Shown piece by piece: positions 14,335 to 26,119 of a DNA stretch of 64,000 bases (the stretch's first letter is position 1; each line of letters starts with the position of its first letter). The notes beneath the pieces were generated by a model that was not told the origin of the DNA, made no database searches, and was given only the letters and a program-made list of their open reading frames with translations. This DNA comes from Phoronis australis (lineage: Eukaryota; Animalia; Phoronida). The DNA is taken from assembly GCA_002633005.1 (NCBI GenBank), contig NMRA01000323.1, positions 206,817 through 270,816 of the forward strand, in the 5' to 3' direction. A program made the position numbers and the translations under genes.

Positions 14335-16254
14335 CTGATCTCTAACATATTCATTGTCTATGTTCAACTAGCATCCCTTAGGAACTGCTTCCAAAGTACG
14401 CGGCCAATATCATATTTTGCCCTAACGTTGGACATCCTTCAAAATTGAAGCTAAACAAAGTTTTGCGAAGCAGTTTTCAACAAAATCATGTGTTATCACA
14501 CCGATTAACTTGAATTTACAAAAAAGTTTGAATGCCATTTTTTACTTCAAACAAAGGCTATTATTTAATTTGAAAAACGTTTGCCTTTGCGTTTGTTGAA
14601 TTTTTTGCTACTCTGTAATTTAATACTAGTTAGCGCGCGGCATCAAATTTCACAATGATCAGGTCATACTAAACAAAAACAGTACCACACCAAGGTCTCA
14701 GTACTGAACAAAATCACATCCAACAAAGACGGCTCACAGCCCTGATTGCCGCTCTGATAACTTTCTACTCCAAGTGGCCTGCCACGGTCATGGCGAACAG
14801 CCCGTCATAATCACTGGCGTGCGGGGACTGGGTTCTCAAGCCACCGGGAGTCCGAGTGCGGGAGATGGTGTATGTTTTATGGCCGACCAAGGCGGCCTGG
14901 GGCCCCGGAAACGGGTGCTGGGTGAATATTCGTCAAACTTAGTTGAAAGAAACCAGCCGGGCTTAGGTTATTCGGTCAGTCATCGGCTGAGTGTAAGTCC
15001 TCGGCTCTGGTAGGTTTTCTTGATCAAATAGGCAAACACACTGTCCATTTCTTCGATCATTGATTAGTGACGGTATGTCCCCGGCCAGAGAAATAGGCCC
15101 CTAGATGCAGAGCGATAGTCAAGTGGAGTTCATCACTCGCACGTCACTGGCCGTCAGTCGTCCGCGCTGCTGACGACGCCAACCAGCTTGAGGCCGCTGA
15201 AGTCCATCAAAATAAAATCGTACTGCATGTGAGCCAGGGAATAAAAAAAAACAGTTGCCAGACGTCCTTTTGGCAGCGACGGAGGACTAAGTTCCCGGAA
15301 CTAACTGAAACGACCCCCGGCCGCACACCCCGCGGCTTCAAATCGCGTTTTCCAGCCTTGACTGAGATTACAGTCCTTTCTCGCGTGAAAACAAATGAAA
15401 AAAAAATTCAGAACACAAAATTTCTATTCAAGAATTCATAATTTTCATCTGTAGACCGGCAGAAAAGTATCGCGCCAGATTAACCTATAATTTATCCCGT
15501 TAGGACACGGCATCACACACTGAGAGACACTAAAATTGAGGCTCATAGAATTTCTAATTTCCAGGAGAAATTTTTTTGCCGGGACAAAATTTCACGCCAG
15601 GAGACCAGTCATGGATGGTCATTTGAGGAAAGTTTCCTGACGCCCACTGCCGAAACCTTCCTGACTGAAACGAGTGAAATTCAAAGTTTTCCCGACGTAA
15701 TAAATTTTGCGTCGGGGCGTGATAAAATTTTCGGTCCTGGGGCGATAAATTTTGGCTATGAGTATTTTTTTTCTTTTTTTTGCCGATAATTTGATTCTTG
15801 AATAGAAAATTTGTGTCCTGGAAATTTTTCCTTCTTCGTCACCGACCGTCTTGTCGCTGGGTTCCCTGCGTCGAGTGCTTCGCCTGCCACCTAGGAGACA
15901 GTTACTGAACGACAGTTCAGAACGTGATAACGAGGCTTGAAATCAAAACAACATCCTGTCTTGGTAGCCACGTAGTTCACCTGTTTGCAGTTAAGTTTTA
16001 GGCCAGGGCCAAGTTTTTCCGTTTGTTGAAATTTGTAGAGCCGACTGATGGGCTCTAAAACGTGTCTAGTTCGGTGGTATTGCAGTGGATAGGTTTTAAA
16101 TTGAGACAGTAAAACTTTTACCAGTGTCTGAGCTAACGTCGAAGTTGACGAAATCGAAAGACGAACTCGACTGGTTGCGTGGTTCGAAGTCGCGGAAGAA
16201 CTTTGTTCTCACTGTTTTTAAAATTTGCTCAAGGTGCTTGGGAACCTCTTCATT

Positions 16255-16296
16255 ATGTCAAGTATAGTCCAAACGGTGTACAGCTGTATACAAAAG
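16255..16296 (+). CDS. TMEM263: TMEM263-like, putative first coding exon (MSSIVQTVYSCIQK)
   Basis: ATG at 16255 and a phase-0 donor AAG|GTTTGT that matches the phase-0 acceptor at 17225. This yields 118 aa in total, close to vertebrate TMEM263 length. The exon itself has no recognisable homology. Confidence 0.5.
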
Positions 16297-17224
16297 GTTT
16301 GTACCGAGTTAAATGTTGGTAAGAGCATAAAGTAATGTTTGTTACAATGTTATCGCCACTGTCCCTACACATGTCGGATATATATAAGTTATAATCACAC
16401 TAGTACTTGTAGTAGTAGTAGTATGTATGCTTTGTCGCTGACCTGATTTAGAGAACCAGACAATCTCTGATAACAGACCCATTATTTAGTGGGTGAAACA
16501 GATGCACCAAATCCGGGACTTCTATATCTGAACAGTGCCCTTGTTTTCAATGGTAGCCTACTTCTACTTTCGAAGATTACAAGCTAACGACTGTTATCAA
16601 CATCCCACACATATCTTTTCAGTGTGAGTGAACGAAAGCCACTTGGTAAGTTAGTAGAATATGGTGGCTGGCCATATTTTGAAAACAGGCTTCCCCCAGC
16701 ATGGGAAACTGGCAGGGAAGATGCGGTCTTCAAGGTCCTCCCCAGCATTGTCATTTGTGCAGTTTACATTGTCTTCTTTGATGTTGCTGCCTTCGTCTCT
16801 TTTTCTGCTGTTCCTCTGATTACCTTCATTTATTATTGTATCCAGTCTCAATGTACATTTATTATTGTATCCAGTCTCCTTGTATAATAAAAGCTTGAGT
16901 TTCTGAGACTGGAAGTATTCTAATGTAAGTAGTTGTAAAATGTTGAGAATCAGTGTATTCACTGAATAACGAGTCCACTGAAATATGAACTCTTGTTTTA
17001 TTGTTTGCAGATGGTTACTCAGTTGATGACTGACTGCTCATGAGGAAGGATACAGCTTTGACTGAGTCCTAAAATGTTTTGTGTGATCCAATTTTATAGC
17101 CAGCAAATCTTTCTAAGGGCTCGTGTTTCAGTCAAATCATGAAAACGTTTTTCTAAACTTGGTATTTCATGAAGGTATTCTATTTACATGCTTGCCATAT
17201 AATTTCAAATGCAACACATTTCAG

Positions 17225-17327
17225 AAGCCTGCTTCTGAACAAGTTGAAGTCATCACTGATCCTGATGATGTGAAAGAGAACGACGTGCCAGAAGCCGGAG
17301 GTGACAAAAAGACTGATGAACAAGCAG
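17225..17327 (+). CDS. TMEM263: TMEM263-like, internal coding exon (KPASEQVEVITDPDDVKENDVPEAGGDKKTDEQA)
   Basis: TTTCAG acceptor, acidic low-complexity open frame, and a phase-1 donor G|GTGATT that joins in frame to 25908. Confidence 0.7.
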
Positions 17328-17464
17328 GTGATTCCCTAATAAACAATTTGTTAAAGATGCTATGGACTGACTGTGTGCCAATAATACACTGGACTGTTGG
17401 TTTAAAGCACACGCTGCTTTAATAATGACTTCAACACTTTTGTAACATTCCAGTAATTTCTAAG

Positions 17465-18672
17465 TTTCGGAAGAACTGGTTGTTAGTTCATTTGCGCAAG
17501 ACCATGCTTGGCACACCAAACGATCCGTGGGGCAAAGCCAACTGATGGAGCCTGTTTTGTCCAATAACAAAATGCCAGGTCTTCCTAATAATAACAACAG
17601 TTAGAGACCAATATTATAATGGTAGGTGGTTGAAAATTTTAAGGTGGGTTTACGGCGGCATTCCAGTGACATTTCTTTCTCGGTCAGACTATTTAACCTC
17701 AACCTCACGAACTACATCTCAAACCTTTCGATACCGTGGTGGAAGAAGATTCCCAAGCAAATAATTCCGGACATTGGCTTGTAAAGTAGAGTGTCAAAAG
17801 CCACCAGTTGTCATGAGGGTGCATATTGCCACAGTGGCGGATCTAGGATAACATAACGGAGTGGCCCAACATCTTGTCTCAGCCAACTGCAAAGTACGGT
17901 TGCATGCGCGCACCCAGCTGAAGTTCTAATGGTGCCCGAATTTCTTGGTGGACTAAAAAAAAACACAAAAATGTATGCACCAGTGGTCATGCTCTTGCTG
18001 TTTTTTTTGGCATCAGCTAAGGGGGGGGGGGGCAGGCCCCCCGCTAAATCTGTCTATGCGCNTTTCGGAAGAACTGGTTGTTAGTTCATTTGCGTAAGAC
18101 CATGCTTGGCACACCAAACGATCCGTGGGGCAAAGCCAACTGATGGAGCCTGTTTTGACCAATAACAAAATGCCAGGTCTTCCTAATAATAACAACAATT
18201 AGAGACCAATGTTATAATGGTAGGTGGTAGAAAATTTTAAGGTAGGTTTACGGCGGCATTCCAGTGACATTTCTTTCTCGGTCAGACTATTTAACCTCAA
18301 CCTCACGAACTACATCTCAAACCTTTCCATACCGTTGTGGAAGAAGATTCCCAAGCAAATAATTCCGGACATTGGCTTGTAAAGTAGAGTGTCAAAAGCC
18401 ACCAGTTGTCATGAGGGTGCATATTGCCACAGTGGCGGATCTACGATAACATAACGGGAGCCCAACATCTTGTCTCAGGCAACTGCAAAGTACAGTTGCA
18501 TGCGCGCACCCAGCTGAATTTCTAATGGTGCCCGAATTTCTTGGTGGACTAAAAAAAACCCAAAAATGTATGCACCAGTGGTCATGCTCTTGCTGTTTTA
18601 TTTTTTTTTTGNNNNNNNNNNNNNNNNNNNNNGGGGGGGGGGGGCAGGCCCCCCGCTAAATCCGTCTATGCG
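17465..18672. repeat. ~600-bp tandem duplication (17465-18061 / 18063-18672), probably an uncollapsed haplotype
   Basis: Near-identical copies joined by a single N at 18062. Each copy contains a CAGTGGCGGATCTA...CTAAATC(C/T)GTCTATG MITE. Confidence 0.9.
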
Positions 18673-19928
18673 CCATTATTTCAGTTGAGTTGTCCGCACC
18701 CATATCTACCAAACGGCTTGAAGAATCTTCGTGAAGTTTGGTAGACACGTTTCTACCCAGCACACTTTCCCAACAAAGTTTTAAAGGGATCCAACTACCA
18801 TACCTCCTTATTGGCAATTTCATTTTTTCATTCTTAATAATTTTTATTTGTGCCATATTCCCTTGAGGTATCTATACAAAACGTGGCAGATACGTTTGTT
18901 TTGTTTGAGAAGGGAATGTTACTGTTTATTTTCCGACGAGTCGGACTACTGAGATACTACCTTGTGGCAATTGTTTGGTGCCTGGTTCAATATCTATCAA
19001 GTTTGGTGGAGTATCCTTCTGAAATTTGTCAGTGAGGAGAGCATAGCTGGCATTGGATCCAGCAACAGCTGTGCCCCCTAGTGCCAGTTTCATTTTTGTG
19101 CTTGCCTCAGTATCTGCCTAGTTCTTTAAAGGACAATCGTAGAGTTTGGCTGGTATGTTTCTGTTAATGAGAAAACAGCTGGTGGTGACTTTCAGACCGA
19201 TCCACTACTGCTGTGCCCCTTGTGGCAGTTTTACCTTTTTGCTTCTATAACTTCGTCCATGGGTGTAACTTTATGAAATTTGGTAGATGTGTTTCTATAA
19301 AGAAGAAAACAACACATGTTCGTTTTGAAATGTTCTGCACCATCAGTCTTGGCAGTTTGGAGAATAGTTAGCAAATTTGTGGAATGTGTTTTTTGATAGA
19401 AACCCGGTTGACATTTGATTTTTTCATACAAGACACAAATATACAAATAACAGGAGCTCAAGAACAATACCTTCAAACACCCTGGCACACACCTGATTAC
19501 ATTTGATAGTCATCTAAGTTAACTTTTTTTAATAAAATGCTTCGTTGTGCATAAAAGTCTTATATCTTAAGGAATTGAATGAAATTTGGCATTACTTTAT
19601 GCACTTAGACATGTTTATGAAATATTTTAATTGTTACAAAATCCAATTTAAAAATTTAGTTTCTCTTTGATCGGTAAACCAAAAATCATTGTATCCTGGT
19701 TGACATTGCTTTGTAGACAGTTTGACTACTGCTTTGCCCCCTGGTGGCAGTTTTAAGTTCTTGCATTTGCCTCAATGACCACCAAGTTTGAAGAAGGATC
19801 AATTTTAAATCCATTAAGTCCTGTACTCACTCTGGAGTGTGGAGATATTTTCAAAAATGAGCACCCCTCGTATCTGTCATTTGTGACGCACACAGTGGGC
19901 ACATCAACGCTCGACTTTGCTCTTATTC
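18673..19928 (+). mobile_element. Helentron/HINE-like non-autonomous element remnant
   Basis: Recurrent internal modules (AAGTTTGGT..., CTGTGCCCC(C)T.GTGGCAGTTT) and a 3' end CTCTTATT resembling Helentron-associated elements. No ORF. Confidence 0.45.
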
Positions 19929-21185
19929 AATCTCTCTGGAGTTGTTCAAAATTTCATAGCCTGCCCAGTAATATCACATTCAAAACAAAAACATTCAGAC
20001 CAAATACCATTTCCCTGCCATGGCGACTAATTCTGTTAGCAACATAAATGATTGGTAATAACGATTATGGTGGTGAAATTCTAATTACAGTATGACTTTG
20101 CTACTTCACTAACTTTCCTGTTACAATAATTACCCTTAGTTCTCGGTCATGAGGGAAGACTACTCGGATGGTGAATTTGGCTTCCGCATAGGTGTCAGGA
20201 TGGAGGGAGTTATGGGTCATTGTGTCTGAATACTTTTGATCTGTACTGTACAGACAAATACATTTTATGAAGGAGTGCATCACTATTTGACTCATGCGCA
20301 CGTATGCACGCACACACACATATGCACAAGCATGCAATTTTCAAAACCAGGCCTTTAACACTACCTAATATGTTGGACCTTCTGCATAGATCCGGATTTT
20401 GGCTTTTCAAAGGTATACCACTGTCTTTTCGTTGAGGCAAACTCCCATGTTTGCTAACGCCAAGACTCATCAGTTTCTCTCCAAGTGTCAGTTTTGGGAG
20501 TGGTTTTCTTTTTACACTAAAATCTAATATGCATGATATGCTTTAATTCTGAAATGATTGTTTTCCATTTGGCAAGGTTCATCCTTTCTCTAAACTAAAT
20601 GGTAAGCAACAAACGCTCTTGAAGTCTTGTATAATTCAGACCCAGTACAAGATAATTTGAGAAATTGCCTGTCATTAAACTATACTGTCCTTTAATTAGC
20701 CCAGTCAATCCCCTAGCTCTGGTCAGCACACATATTATTCTTCTTCAATGTTATTCATCAATTACAGGCATGTGGTTGATTGCTTATGCTTTGTGTTTTG
20801 GTACCTAAAACGCTTTTCCCAGGATCCCCACTCATGTCAACACTTAATGCTTAGGAGAGTGTTGGTCAGTGGGAACGCTTTAATGTTCTTCTCAGTAAAC
20901 ATGTGGTTTAAACAGAGACACGAAGCATTGATGCGCCGCCACAGTGGGAACGCTTAAGTTCTGTATTAATTATCAAAAATTACCAGCAGGGTTCACTACT
21001 GTTGTTAGCAGCGGGTGGTAACTGGTCATATTAGTGCCACTTTGCAATAATTTTAATGACTGTAGCATCACGTAGCAATTACTCTGATGCATGTTAACTA
21101 CCGGAGCTGATGTGAATTCTCCACTTAAAGCGACATTTTGCTCTTGTTTTAGCTGTTAATGTTGAATTCTTAACCAAAGTGCTTA

Positions 21186-21535
21186 CCATACTCATTTGAT
21201 CTTGTATCGTTACCATACTCATTTGATCTTGTATCAGTACCGTACTCATCCAATCTTGTATCATTACCATACTCATCTGATCTTGTATCATTTCCATACT
21301 CATTCGACATTGTATCAGTACCGTACTCATTCGATCTTGTATCAGTACCATACTCATTCAATCTTGTATCAGTGCCGTACTCATTTGATCTTGTATCATT
21401 ACCGTACTCATTTGATCTTGTATCATTACCGTACTCATTTGATCTTGCATCATTACCGTACTCAGTCGATCTTGCATCATTAGCGTACTCATTTGATCTT
21501 GTATCAGTACCGTAATCATTTCATCTTGTATTAGT
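21186..21535. repeat. 27-bp minisatellite, about 13 units
   Basis: Unit TACTCATTTGATCTTGTATCATTACCG. It generates the 9-aa-repeat ORFs (NEYGTDTRS etc.) in the track. Confidence 0.95.
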
Positions 21536-22160
21536 GCTAAATGATGTATCTAAAGTCACAGGCAACAGCATACATCCACCATTTTGGAATTCGCAATTTT
21601 ATAGCGCCAACCCCAATAAAGTCTGAAACATTTCCTTGAATCAGGTTTACTGTTCTTGCTCATAACTGAAATCGAACCTTAGCACGGTAAGAAATATTTC
21701 CAATTTTATGAGAGCAAAAGGCCAAATGGGATTTTGTTTTTTTGCTAGTTAAACAGTGAAGCATACAGCTATAACTGATCACATTGATAATAGCTGAGTT
21801 GTATGTGTGGGAAATCACCTTTAACACCACGTGCATAAATAATGTCAACCTCCCAGTCTTAAAACTTTCAAGTCTAGCTCATTGTGGACTTAATTACTGG
21901 CAGGTCTTTTGATGAACTTTTTGTTTTGTCTGTGTTGTGGGGTTTAGTGGCCCCTGAATGTCACAACTGTGGAAGCTGTGGATGGACATAGTGATGAACT
22001 AATAACGTCATGTAGGAAGAGGTTTATACAGGGCATCCTGTGGATACCGTCATTATCTTGTGTCTACCTCCATGCAGGTGTTATCACCGTTGCCTGCTCT
22101 GTCTTAACGGTGTAAAATGACAAGGTTGTCACATTAAAGGTTTTGTGTAGGTGGACTTTC

Positions 22161-24283
22161 AACTGGCAACTTTGCTGAATTGGATGAGAATATGTTAAAT
22201 CTCTCAAAGTGAAAACACTTGCAAAATAACGCTTCCTTGGTCTTTCCTCCGTCTTGTCTAGCATAGCCTTAAAGGGGCAATGAATCTGCACCTTCCGAGA
22301 AAAGGTATCTTTTGATTTGGGTCATTTACTGTTACTACATCGATCTGCAATCGTAATCGTGTTCTTTACTCAGGTTTGAAATGAGTCGTTGACGTGAGAA
22401 GAACTGACAGATCGATATAAATAAAAAGCGAGCATAGGCGGATCCAGGTGGGGGTCAAGGGGTCCGGACCCCCTTTTTCCCATGATTTTACTGATATTAA
22501 GTCTAGAATTTTCAAGTTGTTTACTTGGACAACCCTTTTTAAAAATCCTTGATCTGACCCCCCCCTTTAAAACAACCTGGATCTTCCCCTAGACAGAAGT
22601 CTGACGTTCTACTATAAATAGCTGTGAAAGCACATGGCGCACACGGCGCCATGTTGTTTTGTGGAAGCTGACTGTAAACAAACCAGTATGGCAGGAGGTA
22701 GATAAGGGACCTTGATACATTAAATATAGAATACTAATAGGAGCAAGTAACGCAAAAATACGCAGAGCATTGCTGACTAGCAAGATACATAAGTTAGGGA
22801 CTGAAGAGGATTTTCATTTTAATTTCAAAATATCCCGAAAGTTGTAAAACTGGAAAAGAGTACAAAAATACAAGCCTTTTAATTGGTACCTATTTCATCG
22901 AAGTCGACCCAACGTTTTATAACTTTTAGCCAATTTAGCCAACTGGCTTTCACAGTTTTTAGCTCCCAGTTCCACACAACAAAATGGCCGTCCTGCAAAA
23001 CATAGCTTACTCAAGTAATTGCTGTTTAATATGTAGACTCGAAATTAAATTCAGAATATTTTTTTGCATTTTTCATTTTACTTTTATGGAAACTCAGGGC
23101 AAGTGTCTATTATTCTGAGCTTGAGTGCATTATACTTTAAGTAGACGACTGTCTGATTGTAATGTGCACTTGATGACCCCCAACTTTGAGGTTATAAGTT
23201 TTGGTCAGAAGTTGAAATCTCGAATTTTTACTNAACAGGCAACTTTGCTGAATTGGATGAGAATATGTTAAATCTCTCAAAGTGAATACACTTGCAAAAT
23301 AACGCTTCCTTGGTCTTTTCTCTGTCTTGTCTAGCATAGCCTTAAAGGGGCAATGAATCTGCACCTTCCGAGAAAAGGTATCTCTTGATTTGGTCATTTA
23401 CTGTTACTACATCGACCTGCAATCGTAATCTTGTTCTTTACTCAGGTTTGAAATGAGTCCTTGGCGTGAGAAGAACTGACAGTCACTTGCATAGATATAA
23501 ATAAAAAGAGAGCATAGGCGGATCCAGGTCAAGGGGTCCGGACCCCCTTTTTCCCATGATTTTACTGATATTAAATCTAGAATTTTCAAGTTGTTTACTT
23601 GGACAACCCTTTTTAAAAATCCTTGATCTGACCCCCCCCTTTTAAAACAACCTGGATCTTCCCCTAGACAGAAGTCTGACGTTCTGCTATAAATAGCTGT
23701 GAAAGCACATGGCGCACACAGCGCCATGTTGTTTTGTGGAAGCTGGCTGTAAACAAACCAGTATGGCAGCAGGTAGATAAGGGACCTTGATACATTAAAT
23801 ATAAAATACTAATAGGAGCATTACTGACTAGCAAGATACATAAGTTAGGGACTGAAGAGGATTTTCATTTTAATTTCAAAATATCCCGAAAGTTGTAAAA
23901 CTGGAAAAGAGTACAAAAATACAAGCCTTTTAATTGGTACCTATTTCATCGAAGTCGACCCAACGTTTTATAACTTTTAGCCAATTTAGCCAACTGGCTT
24001 TCACAGTTTTTAGCTCCCAGTTCCACACAACAAAATGGCCGTCCTGCAAAACATAGCTTACTCAAGTAATTGCTGTTTAATATGTAGACTCGAAATTAAA
24101 TTCAGAATATTTTTTTGCATTTTTCATTTTACTTTTATGGAAACTCAGGGCAAGTGTCTATTATTCTGAGCTTGAGTGCATTATACTTTAAGTAGACGAC
24201 TGTCTGATTGTAATGTGCACTTGATGACCCCCAACTTTGAGGTTATAAGTTTTGGTCAGAAGTTGAAATCTCGAATTTTTACT
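22161..24283. repeat. ~1.07-kb tandem duplication (22161-23232 / 23234-24283), probably an uncollapsed haplotype
   Basis: Near-identical copies with SNPs and small indels, joined by a single N at 23233. Confidence 0.9.
22433..22591. mobile_element. CA-initiated GC-rich MITE (second copy 23513-23666; related reversed piece near 28852-28990)
   Basis: Termini CATAGGCGGATCCAGG...CCTGGATCTTCCCCTA. Flanks GAGAG/GACAG in the second copy suggest a 5-bp TSD. Confidence 0.7.
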
Positions 24284-25907
24284 TGAGTTAATACCTCAAA
24301 TCTAGGGGTCATCAGATACAAACTTGACCTCGAAAATCTTCTGCATAAATTTTAATGTACTCGAATCTTGAAATTAACATTATAGTAAAATTTGGTCTTG
24401 TTGTTTATACAATTTTTTTGCTATGAATGCACCTTTCTTGTTTTGATAAATTCCACTAAAAAGACATGGTCGTGTGACCCAGTCAACAGTAGATTTGTAC
24501 AATGTCAAAAATTGAGTTCTGCAGGCTTCCTGCTTTCATTAAACAATTCTGGAGTTAAATTCTATGATTTTGTAGGCATTTGACTGAACGTGCAAACTTG
24601 TTGATAAGTCCCACATAGCCCCAGGTCACTGTCGTTAACTCTTCATCTCCTCAACTGTATTATCCAATACTGATATTGATCGATGACCCCTGTTGTTTTC
24701 AGACTATGTAGCAGCAGCTGTTTTAATAGCACAGATAAACATGTGGATGTGAACTAGTGAGAAAAGTTACTGTGACCTATGTTTCCTGGTGGCTTTACAT
24801 AATTACATGTGAAGCCTAACAGTTTAAGGATTTGTTTAAATTCGCGTTGTGCATGGCTTGGTTTTAAAATGAGGTAAAAGTTTTAAAACATATTTTAAAA
24901 GCAGTGGAAGAAAGGTGAATTTTCAAATTCATTTAATGATGATGATGATGATGATAAAGTGCTCCAAACCTTGCTGTGGAAACTGAATTACAAATTGCAA
25001 GTTTTTGAAAAAGGAAAAATTTTGACGTTAAACACCAGTTGTGGGAATTGAAATGCAATGTTTTGTTGTTCAGCTCAATTGGTCTTTCGTAATATTTTTG
25101 GACTTTGTGAGATCATTTTCACTATACCAAAAGTTCATGATGTCTTTTAAATTCTACAACGATTGTCTCGCATTCGTTCTTAGAAAAAGTACTAGAATCA
25201 GAATCAAGACAATTGATTTTAAATAACCCAAGTGTTTGTAGGAAGGATCCTATGCAGCACTTTGTATTGAAACTGGCATACTTTTGTATCATTTACACTT
25301 AAAATACAAGGTCCAAAAATGTACCCTACATCATCAAACTTCTTCTGAGCAGTAGGTTTCAGAGAATTCTTATTTAATATTTTACAAAAATGTTTGCATC
25401 CTCGTTGATTAACAAGTTAGTTGGACAATGAAAATGGAATATAAATTGGTCTGACAACTTTTTTCAGTTTGTAGTTCGGATATTTTTTAAGAAAGGTCTT
25501 TACTGAACTAACCAAAGAAAGGTGTCGCAAAAAATCAAATTTCATCTGCAAAAGTGATCATGTATAAGGAATGCACCATTAATGCCATTCAAATAAAATA
25601 TAGGTTTCTTTATAAAGGATTCCACATAAAAATGCTGCATCAAAAATATTTACTGGTAGTTGTTTTCAAAAAGTTGACACATTTCCACCAAAACTGGCAT
25701 ACCAGTAAGTTTGGAGCAAAAAACTGCCATAACTTTCAAATGGATAGCCTTACTTTTGCCTGGCTACCTTCCTGGCCTTTGCTGTAACACTGTAGAATGT
25801 GTATGAATTTTCAATTGACAAAATTCATCACGCCTATGGAAAATACTGCTGCTCATCGTGAGCATTAGACATGTTGTTATGCATGACTATTTTTTCTTGT
25901 CTTGCAG

Positions 25908-26119
25908 CAGAGACGCCCCAGGGGGGTTTGTTGTGGCGATTTTCGAGCGGTGTCTACAATACCACAACTGGTGCAGTGGGCGGTGCAGTCGGTATGGGAG
26001 TAAGTGCCGTCAAGTGGACTGCAGGTACTGGTTATAGTGTTGGCAGTGCCGTTGTCAGTAAAGTGCCCATGCCCTCGCTTTCGATTCCGTTCGTTAACAA
26101 AAAGGATAAGAAGGAATGA
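25908..26119 (+). CDS. TMEM263: Transmembrane protein 263 (UPF0444) family, last coding exon
   Basis: GGLLWRFSSGVYNTTTGAVGGAVG...GSAVVSKVP...KKDKKE* aligns from memory with human TMEM263 ([24 protein letters not shown]...GSAVVNKVPLTGKKKDKSD). Polypyrimidine tract plus CAGCAG acceptor; stop TGA at 26117-26119. Confidence 0.9.

Larger units (their letters stand above)
9878..14933. repeat. Copy B of the ~5.1-kb segmental duplication
   Basis: Colinear with 1-5121. Carries an extra MITE (14087-14334) and a shorter minisatellite array. Confidence 0.95.

Noticed and set aside
14960-15830. Protein-like minus-strand fragments and an inverted-repeat pair (~15405-15440 / ~15790-15825) upstream of TMEM263
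   Set aside because: Frames are short and broken and no TSD or family could be assigned; probably old repeat debris or promoter sequence.
16624-16962. Overlapping hydrophobic (+) and acidic (-) ORFs in TMEM263 intron 1
   Set aside because: No TMEM263 similarity; partly produced by a short local duplication (CATTTATTATTGTATCCAGTCTC twice); not needed for a phase-consistent model.
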